NCBI GenBank assembly: GCA_963805125.1 | Contig: CAWDTD010000014.1 | Location: 78,476-142,475, forward strand | DNA length: 64,000 nucleotides | Direction of reading: 5' to 3' | Source of the DNA: an uncultured delta proteobacterium | GTDB taxonomy: Bacteria > Desulfobacterota > Syntrophobacteria > Syntrophobacterales > Syntrophobacteraceae | Part shown: positions 1 to 8,270 of the stretch, piece after piece | How the letters are laid out: every line of letters begins with the position of its first letter | How positions within the stretch are numbered: the first letter of the stretch is position 1 | Program-made: the position numbers and the translations under genes | The notes under the pieces: model-generated | Told to the model about the DNA's origin: nothing | The model's input: only the letters and a program-made list of their open reading frames with translations | The model's database searches: none

Positions 1-393
1 GCGATTCTGCGCCGCACCAAAGATCGACACGACAAATACGGCCCCTTTTCTACGCCGGAAATAATATCTGTTGGAGATATCGCGCTGGATACCGGGACTC
101 GTGTTGTGCTCCGAAGCGGCGAGCGAATCGAGTTGACCTCCGTCGAATTCGGTTTTCTGGAGATGCTGCTCAGGGCAGCCGGTCACGTTGTAACGCGTGA
201 ACAACTGGCCGAGGGCGTCCTCGGCCGTACTCTTACCGCCTACGACCGCAGTGTGGACGTACATCTAAGCAGCCTTCGAAAAAAAATCGGACATAAATTC
301 GGCGAAATCGAACGGATCAAAACAGTGCGCGGCGCCGGCTATATTTATGTAAACCCGGCTCAGCCCGACAAGAACACGATTTTGCAGCAGTGA
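1..393 (+). CDS. OmpR/PhoB-family response regulator, C-terminal part (5' end outside window)
   Basis: Frame 1 is open from base 1. It translates to a winged-helix output domain (IELTSVEFGFLEMLL, YDRSVDVHLSSLRKKIG, IKTVRGAGYIY). A histidine kinase gene starts 28 nt downstream. Confidence 0.85.
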   Translation, partial: AILRRTKDRHDKYGPFSTPEIISVGDIALDTGTRVVLRSGERIELTSVEFGFLEMLLRAAGHVVTREQLAEGVLGRTLTAYDRSVDVHLSSLRKKIGHKFGEIERIKTVRGAGYIYVNPAQPDKNTILQQ

Positions 394-420
394 TCCGGCC
401 GATATCGGTGGGAAATTTCA

Positions 421-1869
421 ATGCGAAGCCTTTTTATAAAAATCTTCCTCTGGTTCTGGGTGGCAATGGCGCTGATTAGCTTTGCCTCTTTTTTGTCGGC
501 TGTGGCAACAGAGTCACATCCCTTATTCGCCATGCCCTGGCTGAGATTTCTTGTGCCCCAGCGTGTCGAAGGCCATCTGAAGATGCAATCCGGCTCGTTT
601 GCCGATCACTGGATCAGTGTTACGGGAAATTCCCTCAGACTCTCGGGCCAGACCGCAGTCGAGATATACGAACGTGAGGGGAAAACGGCCCTTCTCGATT
701 ATCTAAATGAACTCGAAAGAGCGGTTCACATCCGTTTTTTTCTGTTCAACGAGCAGGAGGAGCAGCTAACCCAATGGCCGGTTCCTGAGGCGGTCAGGCA
801 ATTATCCTTGCATCACCAACACGATGGGTTGGATTACAAGAGATCCGGCGATTCGATTTTTACCGCTCAACAGCTCACCGGTCCGACCGGCAGGGAATAC
901 ACCCTGATTGCCAGACTCCCCGCCCGCCATTTCCTGAGGCATGATTACAGCCTTTTGGGAATGAACCTGATCATCATCTTTCTTACTGCGGGAGGGGTAT
1001 GTTACTGGCTTGCACGTCATATTTCCAAGCCAATCAGCAAACTCGGGGCGGCGGCAAGGCATCTGGCCGAAGGAGACCTCAAAGCCCGCGTTGGCGCCGT
1101 TTTGGGCAGGCCGCGTGATGAAATTACCGAACTTGGGGAAGATTTCGACATGATGGCCGGGCGCCTGGAGTCTTTGATCACCTCGCAGAAACGTCTCCTT
1201 CGAGATATCTCTCACGAGTTCCGTTCGCCGCTTGCACGGTTGACCATTGCCCTGGAGATTGCGCGCCGTCGCGACGGTCAGGATGCAATCAACGCGCTGG
1301 ATCGAATCGAACTGGAAGCCGGGAGACTTAATGCGCTCATAGGAGAATTGCTCATGCTGGCCCGTCTTGAGAGCGGTGCGGAGGAAACCGACAAGGCGCA
1401 TGTCAACATGGCTGAGCTGGTGGAGGAATTGGTGACAGACGCCGACTTCGAAGCTCGAGGACGTAATTGCAAGGTTCGAGTTGTCTCGACCGGGAATTGT
1501 TTCGTATTGGGAACCAGGGAATTGCTGCGCAGCGCCATCGAAAATGTCCTTCGCAATGCGGTCCGCCACACAGTGGAAAACAGCGAGGTGATGGTCGCAC
1601 TACGATGCCAAACGGATGGCAGTTCTCTACGGGCAGTGATTGAAATACGTGACGGGGGGCCCGGGGTGCCCGAAGCGTCGCTGGCCCATCTTTTTAGTCC
1701 TTTTTACCGGGTTGGGGATGCCCGCGACAGAAAACAGGGTGGAACAGGATTGGGGCTGGCTATCACGGAGCGTGCGGTCAGAATGCATGGTGGGCAGGTG
1801 AGCGCGGCAAACGCCCCCGGTGGAGGCCTCAGCGTTACGATCGATCTTCCGGCAAAAAGGGCGGCGTGA
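421..1869 (+). CDS. Sensor histidine kinase (CpxA-like architecture: TM-periplasmic-TM-HAMP-HisKA-HATPase)
   Basis: 482-aa ORF with hydrophobic N-terminal segments, the H-box ISHEFRSPL and ATPase motifs (NAVRHT, GGTGLGLAI). It is paired with the upstream response regulator. Confidence 0.9.
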   Translation: MRSLFIKIFLWFWVAMALISFASFLSAVATESHPLFAMPWLRFLVPQRVEGHLKMQSGSFADHWISVTGNSLRLSGQTAVEIYEREGKTALLDYLNELERAVHIRFFLFNEQEEQLTQWPVPEAVRQLSLHHQHDGLDYKRSGDSIFTAQQLTGPTGREYTLIARLPARHFLRHDYSLLGMNLIIIFLTAGGVCYWLARHISKPISKLGAAARHLAEGDLKARVGAVLGRPRDEITELGEDFDMMAGRLESLITSQKRLLRDISHEFRSPLARLTIALEIARRRDGQDAINALDRIELEAGRLNALIGELLMLARLESGAEETDKAHVNMAELVEELVTDADFEARGRNCKVRVVSTGNCFVLGTRELLRSAIENVLRNAVRHTVENSEVMVALRCQTDGSSLRAVIEIRDGGPGVPEASLAHLFSPFYRVGDARDRKQGGTGLGLAITERAVRMHGGQVSAANAPGGGLSVTIDLPAKRAA

Positions 1870-2116
1870 CTGTCCTGAGAATCGTTTTTATCACCACGAA
1901 GACCTTGGCGTTTTTATTGGAAGAGGGGCGGCCCATTGATGCTGCCGGGGCCGGCCCCCGGTTGAGGAGAGTTGGCAGGTCTGAGCGGAGCTTCGTAACG
2001 ATTCACCAAGAAGATTTCAATCAGTGCGCAAACGCCCGTTTGCGCTGAAGCGGGAGCGTGCAGGTCTGCATGTCCGGGACAAACGTTCTCGCAACGCTCC
2101 CGCAACGATCGGCTTA

Positions 2117-2230
2117 TACGGAGGTGCGTTCAAGGGAGAGCGGCGATGGGGATGTGGGGGTTGGGGGGACAGCAGAGCTCCCCCCACGCTTCTTAACATC
2201 TTTTGGTACTCACTTGAGCGCAGCTTCGTA
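2117..2230. mobile_element. MITE family 1, short (114 bp) copy
   Basis: Terminal inverted repeats TACGGAGGTGCGTTCAAGG and CTTGAGCGCAGCTTCGTA. TTA duplicated on both flanks (2114-2116 and 2231-2233). It matches both ends of the 280-bp copy at 58504-58783, with the centre missing. Confidence 0.8.
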
Positions 2231-2782
2231 TTAGTCCTTGTGCTTGCATTCTTTCTCGTGTCGAGATTTCCATGATTCGCGAATTTGCTCGGCTTTGACG
2301 CGCTGCTCAGGAGTCAGGAGCCCGTATATCCGCGATTTCATGCGCTCTTTCACCACAATCAGCTCAATTAGCGTATCTGCCTGTCCCTTGGCAATGGAGC
2401 GAACTTTCGCCTCATCGAATGGCCCACTGTTTCGGAGAGCGTTGAGTTGATCGCGCCCGGCCTTCAGTTGCTGGAAAAGCGGTTTTATTTTCTCACGCTC
2501 TTCGGCAATGATGGTATGGGCCTGTTTTTTCTGCGCATCAGTCAAATTGAGCTTTTTCCACAAATGGTGCATTCCGTGATGATGCTTCCAATGCTCGCAA
2601 TGCCTCCAGCAATGGTCTCCAGCCGGAGTTTCATCTTTTGAACCCGTCTTGCTGACATCCGCAAAAGCCGGAGTGCTCAACCCCTGGATCCCGACCCCGA
2701 TTGAGTTGAAAAAATACCATGACCCGATCATCCACACCGCAGCCACCGAAATTACGGCAAGTCCTGTCAATAGTCTTTTCAT
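2231..2782 (-). CDS. CpxP/Spy/ZraP-family periplasmic protein (LTXXQ motifs) with a His/Cys-rich segment
   Basis: Start placed at ATG 2782 behind AGGAG. Signal-like N-terminus MKRLLTGLAVISVAAVW, LTDAQ and LTPEQ motifs, and the stretch HCWRHCEHWKHHHGMHH. Convergent with the kinase gene. Confidence 0.75.
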   Translation of the reverse strand: MKRLLTGLAVISVAAVWMIGSWYFFNSIGVGIQGLSTPAFADVSKTGSKDETPAGDHCWRHCEHWKHHHGMHHLWKKLNLTDAQKKQAHTIIAEEREKIKPLFQQLKAGRDQLNALRNSGPFDEAKVRSIAKGQADTLIELIVVKERMKSRIYGLLTPEQRVKAEQIRESWKSRHEKECKHKD

Positions 2783-2795
2783 GTTATTTCTCCTC

Positions 2796-2829
2796 ATGAT
2801 TTGATGATCCATATGATTTGATGATCCAT
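2796..2829. repeat. Perfect tandem duplication, 2 x 17 bp (ATGATTTGATGATCCAT)
   Basis: Bases 2796-2812 and 2813-2829 are identical. The repeat lies directly upstream (minus-strand sense) of the Shine-Dalgarno sequence and start of the CpxP-like gene. Confidence 0.9.
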
Positions 2830-3102
2830 TGGCGATGAATAAATACAGAAAGTCTGCGTCAAGGTCGAGTTAATATTGGTTAATAGAGGTAAAGTTCTGT
2901 AAAGGACTATCCTGGTGTGAAACATGCCGTTGACAAATGGATTCAGTTTGTGTAGTATGCTTTTCATTCCTGAAAAAGCCAAACTCGGTGCGAGCCGGGG
3001 ACGGAAAGCCAACGGGTCTCTCAAGAGACGGCCGGGTTGCCTGGAAATTGGTGACAGGGCCTTTGGATTTTTAACAAACGACCTGCTGGTTCAGGATGCA
3101 AG

Positions 3103-3495
3103 ATGCCGGAGCCCGTTCGAATCGCCAGGATTGCCGAGGCTTATTCAACCAGCGCCAAAATTTATTCCGAACCGCGAAGCCTGCCCGATAATCCGTTCAG
3201 TGATACGGTGCAAATCTCCAGCGAGGCACAGGAGAAATCGAGACAATTTTTGTTGAAGCTGAAGGTGGAGTCTTCCTCGGAAGAACCTTCCCCGAAACCT
3301 CAGGCGGAAAATAACCCAAACATACTTCATCTGTCCGCAAACGCAACAAGGGACCAGATCCGCAAAGCCTACCTCGCCGCCATAAAGCAGTATCACCCCG
3401 ATAACTTTGCCGGTCTTTCTCCGGAGTTTCGAAAACTCGCTGAAGAAAAGAGCAAGCAGATCAACCTCGCCTATCAGAAATTGACAGCCATCTAA
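3103..3495 (+). CDS. J-domain (DnaJ-like) protein
   Basis: C-terminal J domain with an HPD motif (IRKAYLAAIKQYHPDNF, KSKQINLAYQKL). The N-terminal half has no domain I recognise. Confidence 0.7.
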   Translation: MPEPVRIARIAEAYSTSAKIYSEPRSLPDNPFSDTVQISSEAQEKSRQFLLKLKVESSSEEPSPKPQAENNPNILHLSANATRDQIRKAYLAAIKQYHPDNFAGLSPEFRKLAEEKSKQINLAYQKLTAI

Positions 3496-3661
3496 TCCCG
3501 GAACTCTTACCCCAATAATCCGATTGTAGGCGGGCCGGCAAACGCCAACCATTCCCGGAATTTGTCACCCCGGATCGATTCCCCCGTTGCTGCCCGGTGC
3601 TTGCATCCGTGAACTGGCGCCGCGCTCTATGAAAATTTACAAAGAGCGAACAATTTTTCAT

Positions 3662-3689
3662 TTCAGTTTAGCTTCAATTTTGCCGATAC
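3662..3689 (+). promoter_or_regulatory. Candidate sigma-28 (FliA-type) promoter
   Basis: TTCAGTTT-N12-GCCGATAC compared with the consensus TAAAGTTT-N11-GCCGATAA. It lies about 100 nt upstream of the fliD start. Confidence 0.45.
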
Positions 3690-3792
3690 AAATATTGCCT
3701 TGGCTCATTTTAGAAAGAGTTCCAGATCTGAACCCTCAGCGGGACAGTTGCCCCGGGCCGACTGCAAGTTCGCCACACCAAAGGAGAATACG

Positions 3793-6169
3793 GTGTCTCT
3801 AGTGCCCACAACGTCTTCAGCGTCTTCACTGGCTACTTCATCCACCATCAGCCTGGACGGCCTTGGTACCGGCATCGACTGGCAGAGCATTGTCAACGCG
3901 ATGCAAACGGTTGACGAGGCGAGCCCTGTCACCTTACAGCCAACAGATACAAACCGACCAGAACAAAATCTCCGCCTGGACAACCTTGGCCTCACAACTG
4001 AGCAGTCTTCAAACAGCCTCAAACACTCTGCAAAGCGCTACGGGCCTGGACCTGTACACCGCCTCTGTGGGGTCCTCTTCGAGCACCAGCGCCTCATCGC
4101 TGCTTTCGGCCACTGCATCCTCTTCGGCCAGCAGAGGCAGTTATAATGTAGTGATCAACAACACGGCGCAAGCCGAGCAACTCGCCTCGGCCTCGTTTTC
4201 ATCGGCGTCGTCCGCGCTCGATATCTCCGGGACCATCCTGATAAACGGTCAGGCCGTTCAGATCGCGTCCACGGACACGCTGCAGAATTTAGGGGCGAAA
4301 ATCAATAACCTGGATACGGGCACTTCGGCTTCGGGCGTAACTGCCAGCATCTTTCAGGACTCTTCGACCAGCTATCGGTTGGTGCTGAGCAGTGATAATA
4401 CGGGAGCTTCCGGGTTCTCCCTTGAGAATGGCTCGGCTTCGGATACGCTCGCAACCCTTGGATTCAACGGAACCGGGACAACTATTGCAAACCGGATAGC
4501 CGGAGGGGCCGAAAGCAATGCTTTTTCGAGTTCTTCCACCGCTGTCGAGACACTGCTCGGAAATGGAAGCAGTGACCTTTCCGGAACTGTAACCATAAAC
4601 GGAAAAACTGCCGTCATCGACCTGAGCGACAGCCTGTCGGCCATACAGGCCAACCTGTCCGCCGCCGGCATTCCCGCTTCTATCGTTTCGTCGACCAATG
4701 GCTCAACGAATACCTATAACCTTGCTATTGCGGGCATGACAAGCTGGACGGACGATAACAATGTGCTGCAATCGCTTGGCCTGATCAAGGGAAACCCGGC
4801 CTGTACGGTCGGGGTTACCGGAAGTGAGGCGAATACATCGGATGGTTCGACTCCGATCACTGCCGATACAAATGTAGTGAACATCTATGGATACAACACA
4901 TGGACGAACGGAGACAAGGTCACCATTTCCGGAACGGCTCACGACGGGACCGCAGTGGCGGCAACCAGTTTGACAATCACCCAGGACACGACGGTCGGGG
5001 ACCTTCTTAATCAGATCCAGACCCTGTTTGGCAACGTTACCGCCTCGGTCGCCTCAGACGGGCAAATCCGGGTCATCGACAATGCAACCGGTACGAGCAA
5101 TCTCTCCGTTAATCTCTCGACTTCCCTTCAAGATCCCAATTCCCAACTGAGTTTTGGCTCTTTCGGACAGGTCGGGACGATCCAGAATTCTGTGCTCCAG
5201 CAGGGTACAGACGCCTCTTTCACGGTAGACGGCATAAGTATGACCAACTCGTCCAATACAGTTACGACCGCAATCCAGGGCGTTACGCTCAATCTGCTCG
5301 GAGCGGACCCCAAGACGACCTTGACGCTCAGCGTCGGCCACGACGTCTCGGGAATCGAAAACGAGATTAACGCTATGATCAGCGCCTATAACAACGTCAT
5401 GTCCTACATCAATGCACAAATGTCTTATAATACGCAAACCCAGCAGACCGGAGGTCCTCTATTCGGCAATGCCACCCTGACAATGGTAAAATCGCAACTT
5501 CAATCCTCGGTATTGGCGCAGGTAGGCACGGGGGCCTTCAAATTTCTCAGTCAAATAGGAATTACTCAGGGCGGCAACGCTCAGCTCAGTCTCGATACGA
5601 CGACATTCGAGAATGCGCTCTCAAGCAATTTCAATGATGTGGTCAATCTATTGTCGGACTCAGCCGTTACCAGCAACAGCCAGTTCCAATACGTCTACAA
5701 TAACGGTCAAACTCAATCGGGTACATATAACATCAACATTACTCAGCTTCCTGGAACCGATCAAAACATTGCCGGGCAGATTGACGGATACGATGCCAGC
5801 GGCCAGGGCAACGTCCTGACCCTTAATAACACCGCGAGCAACGCCAACGGCCTTGAAGTCAGCTACACCGGCACGAGTGTGCCTGCAAGCGCGACAATTA
5901 CGATAAACCGCGGAATAGCGAGCCTTATTGATAGCCTCGTGCAGGGATTTACTTATCCTTCAACCGGGGCGATTAATATCGCGGAAAACGGACTGCAGAA
6001 CCAGATAACCAGTCTCAATCAGCAGCTAAGCAACCAGCAGAACATTATCAACCTGCAGATTGCAAATCTCACGCAACAGTTCCAGAACATGGACACCGCT
6101 GTGGCCCAGATGAATCAGATGCAAAGTTACCTGACGGCCCAATTTGCGACCTTGCTAACATCGTACTGA
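3793..6169 (+). pseudogene. fliD: Flagellar filament cap protein FliD, long form, with an apparent 1-nt frameshift near 3919-3924
   Basis: GTG 3793 sits behind AAGGAGA. The N-terminal FliD motif SLDGLGTGIDWQSIVNAMQTVDEA is in frame 1. The continuation ALSPYSQQIQTDQNKISAWTTLASQLSSLQTA and the rest are in frame 2, including DASFTVDGISMTNSSNTV, the C-terminal coiled coil and QFQNMDTAVAQMNQMQSYL. Confidence 0.75.
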
Positions 6170-6185
6170 TCTGTAGAAAACGGCC

Positions 6186-7820
6186 ATGGCAAACACAGTA
6201 CAAGCAATGCCCAATCATCCTCATGCACAAAAAATAGTCGACCTGATAGCCGGCAGTATTTCTCTTCGCCAGGAGAAGCGTCATGAAGAAGCTCTGAGGC
6301 GCCTCGAAGAAGCGACCGGCATCGATCCCAAATTTTTTCCGGTGTTCGTGGAAAAAGGAATTATTCTTTTCGAATTAGCCCGATACGAAGAATCGATCGA
6401 ATGCTTCGATCTTTTTTTGAAGTGTAGTGGTAACTCGCAAGTGCGCGAGTTGCGCGATAACTGTCTAAGGCATGCCCTGGCAGACTATGACCGGATTCTT
6501 GCAGGGAGCCGGCCAAATGTAGAAGTGCTTCTTAAGCGAGGCGATATTTTAGAGCGCCTGCACCGTTATGACGATGCTGTCTATACTTATAACGTGGCTT
6601 TGGAAATATATGTGAACGATATTGTAGGCGTTTTAAACAGGCGCGGAAATTCGTTATTATCGCTTAATAGACCTGAAGAGGCCCTCGAAAGTTATAATCG
6701 CGCCATGGAACTGGCGCCGCGCGATGCGTCCTTATTATTTAACCGGGCCAATGTCCTGCAAAAGCTTGCCCGCATGGATGAAGCCCTGGAAAGCTATGGT
6801 CAGGCATTGACATACAAGCCCGACTTAGCTGAAGCAAAGATGGAACAAAGTCATTGCAGGTTAGCCATGGGGGATTTTCAAGGGGGTTTTCGGGACTATG
6901 AATCGAGGTGGGAAACCGCCCAACTGAAATCCGTCAAATTGAGATCATCCAAACCTCTGTGGCTCGGGCAACAGAAGCTGGCCGGAAAAACCATTCTGCT
7001 CTGGGCTGAGCAGGGATTTGGGGACACGATTCAGTTTTTGCGCTATGTGCCTTTAGTGGCACAAACTGCAGGGCAGACGATTCTTCGAGTGCCGACCATG
7101 TTGCGGTCATTGGCCCGGACACTTGATTGCCCCGTATCGATTATCACCCCCGGGGACGCACTGCCCGCCCACGATTTCAATTGTCCATTGATGAGCCTGC
7201 CCCTGGCATTTGGCACTACACTGGAATCAATCCCCGCGGCTGTTCCATATTTGAGTGCAAAACCCGATCAGGTTGAAAAATGGCGAAATCAGCTTGGACC
7301 GCGCACCAGGCCGAGGATTGGTCTTGTCTGGGCGGGCCGCAGGCGCGAACCCGTCAACCGCACTCGCGACATGGGCCTGGAAGTCTTTGATTGCCTGACG
7401 CGCCTTGACCTCGAAATAATAAGTCTGCAAAAGGAAATTCCCGACCAGGACAGGGAGGTGATCGAGTCCATGCCGCAGATTACTTGCCCGGGTGAAAAAC
7501 TATCGGATTTCGCCGACACGGCCGCGCTGATTGAAAACCTTGACATGGTGATCAGCGTCGATACCGTGGTTGCTCACCTCGCGGGAGCACTGGGAAAGCC
7601 TGTCTGGATTGTGCTAAGACATTCCGGCGAGTGGCGCTGGCTCCTTGGACGCAGCGATTCCCCCTGGTACCCCACCGCACGGATTTTCCGCCAAAAAACC
7701 CCGGGCGACTGGGCTGGAGTGGTTAGTGATATAATTCAACAGTTGCAGGCGTTGATTGTTCCAAAGGTCCGTGTGGATGTTTCATCGGAGTTCAGCGGTT
7801 CACCTTCTCGCCTTTCCTGA
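6186..7820 (+). CDS. TPR-repeat protein with a C-terminal GT9-like (heptosyltransferase-fold) glycosyltransferase domain
   Basis: N-terminal TPR-like repeats. The C-terminal part carries LWAEQGFGDTIQFLRYVP, RIGLVWAG, DTAALIENLDMVISVDTVVAHLAGALGKPVWIVL and DSPWYPTARIFRQ. Confidence 0.7.
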   Translation: MANTVQAMPNHPHAQKIVDLIAGSISLRQEKRHEEALRRLEEATGIDPKFFPVFVEKGIILFELARYEESIECFDLFLKCSGNSQVRELRDNCLRHALADYDRILAGSRPNVEVLLKRGDILERLHRYDDAVYTYNVALEIYVNDIVGVLNRRGNSLLSLNRPEEALESYNRAMELAPRDASLLFNRANVLQKLARMDEALESYGQALTYKPDLAEAKMEQSHCRLAMGDFQGGFRDYESRWETAQLKSVKLRSSKPLWLGQQKLAGKTILLWAEQGFGDTIQFLRYVPLVAQTAGQTILRVPTMLRSLARTLDCPVSIITPGDALPAHDFNCPLMSLPLAFGTTLESIPAAVPYLSAKPDQVEKWRNQLGPRTRPRIGLVWAGRRREPVNRTRDMGLEVFDCLTRLDLEIISLQKEIPDQDREVIESMPQITCPGEKLSDFADTAALIENLDMVISVDTVVAHLAGALGKPVWIVLRHSGEWRWLLGRSDSPWYPTARIFRQKTPGDWAGVVSDIIQQLQALIVPKVRVDVSSEFSGSPSRLS

Positions 7821-8270
7821 AATGAGTTCGATATCCAGTCTTATGACTGCTGTCTTGTGAAGGGAATCGAGGGCGTATGCCTTCCCTTTCTCCAAGTACT
7901 CGGCGCTGTATTTTTCAACGAGAAGCATCAGCGCCTTCAACTTTTCTTCCCGGTCCACTTCGGATGCCTTTGCGAACACAATGGCGCTTTCATATTTCAT
8001 GCTGAACTGGTCCGCCAGGGGAATGGCCTCTCCGACGACACAAAAGCTCACTCTGTTATCATTGCGGATACGAGTTATTTTACGGCCTTCGGGGGCACAA
8101 TGCACATAGATGCTATCGCCGGTATAAACATAGCTCAGCGGCACCCCGTAGGCATAATCATTTTCTCCATTCATGGACAGGACGCCGTAAGTTGCTTTTA
8201 CCAGGATTTTCTCCGTATCCGTTCGGTTCAGTTCCCGATCTTTTCGTCTCATCACATTCAACATTTTCAT
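7800..8270 (-). CDS. Pyridoxamine-5'-phosphate-oxidase-like FMN-binding protein
   Basis: 156 aa with MRRKDRELNRTDTEKILVKATYGVLSM, SIYVHCAPEGRKI and SAIVFAKA. It starts directly after the qNOR stop, so the two are probably co-transcribed. Confidence 0.7.
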   Translation of the reverse strand: MKMLNVMRRKDRELNRTDTEKILVKATYGVLSMNGENDYAYGVPLSYVYTGDSIYVHCAPEGRKITRIRNDNRVSFCVVGEAIPLADQFSMKYESAIVFAKASEVDREEKLKALMLLVEKYSAEYLEKGKAYALDSLHKTAVIRLDIELISGKARR

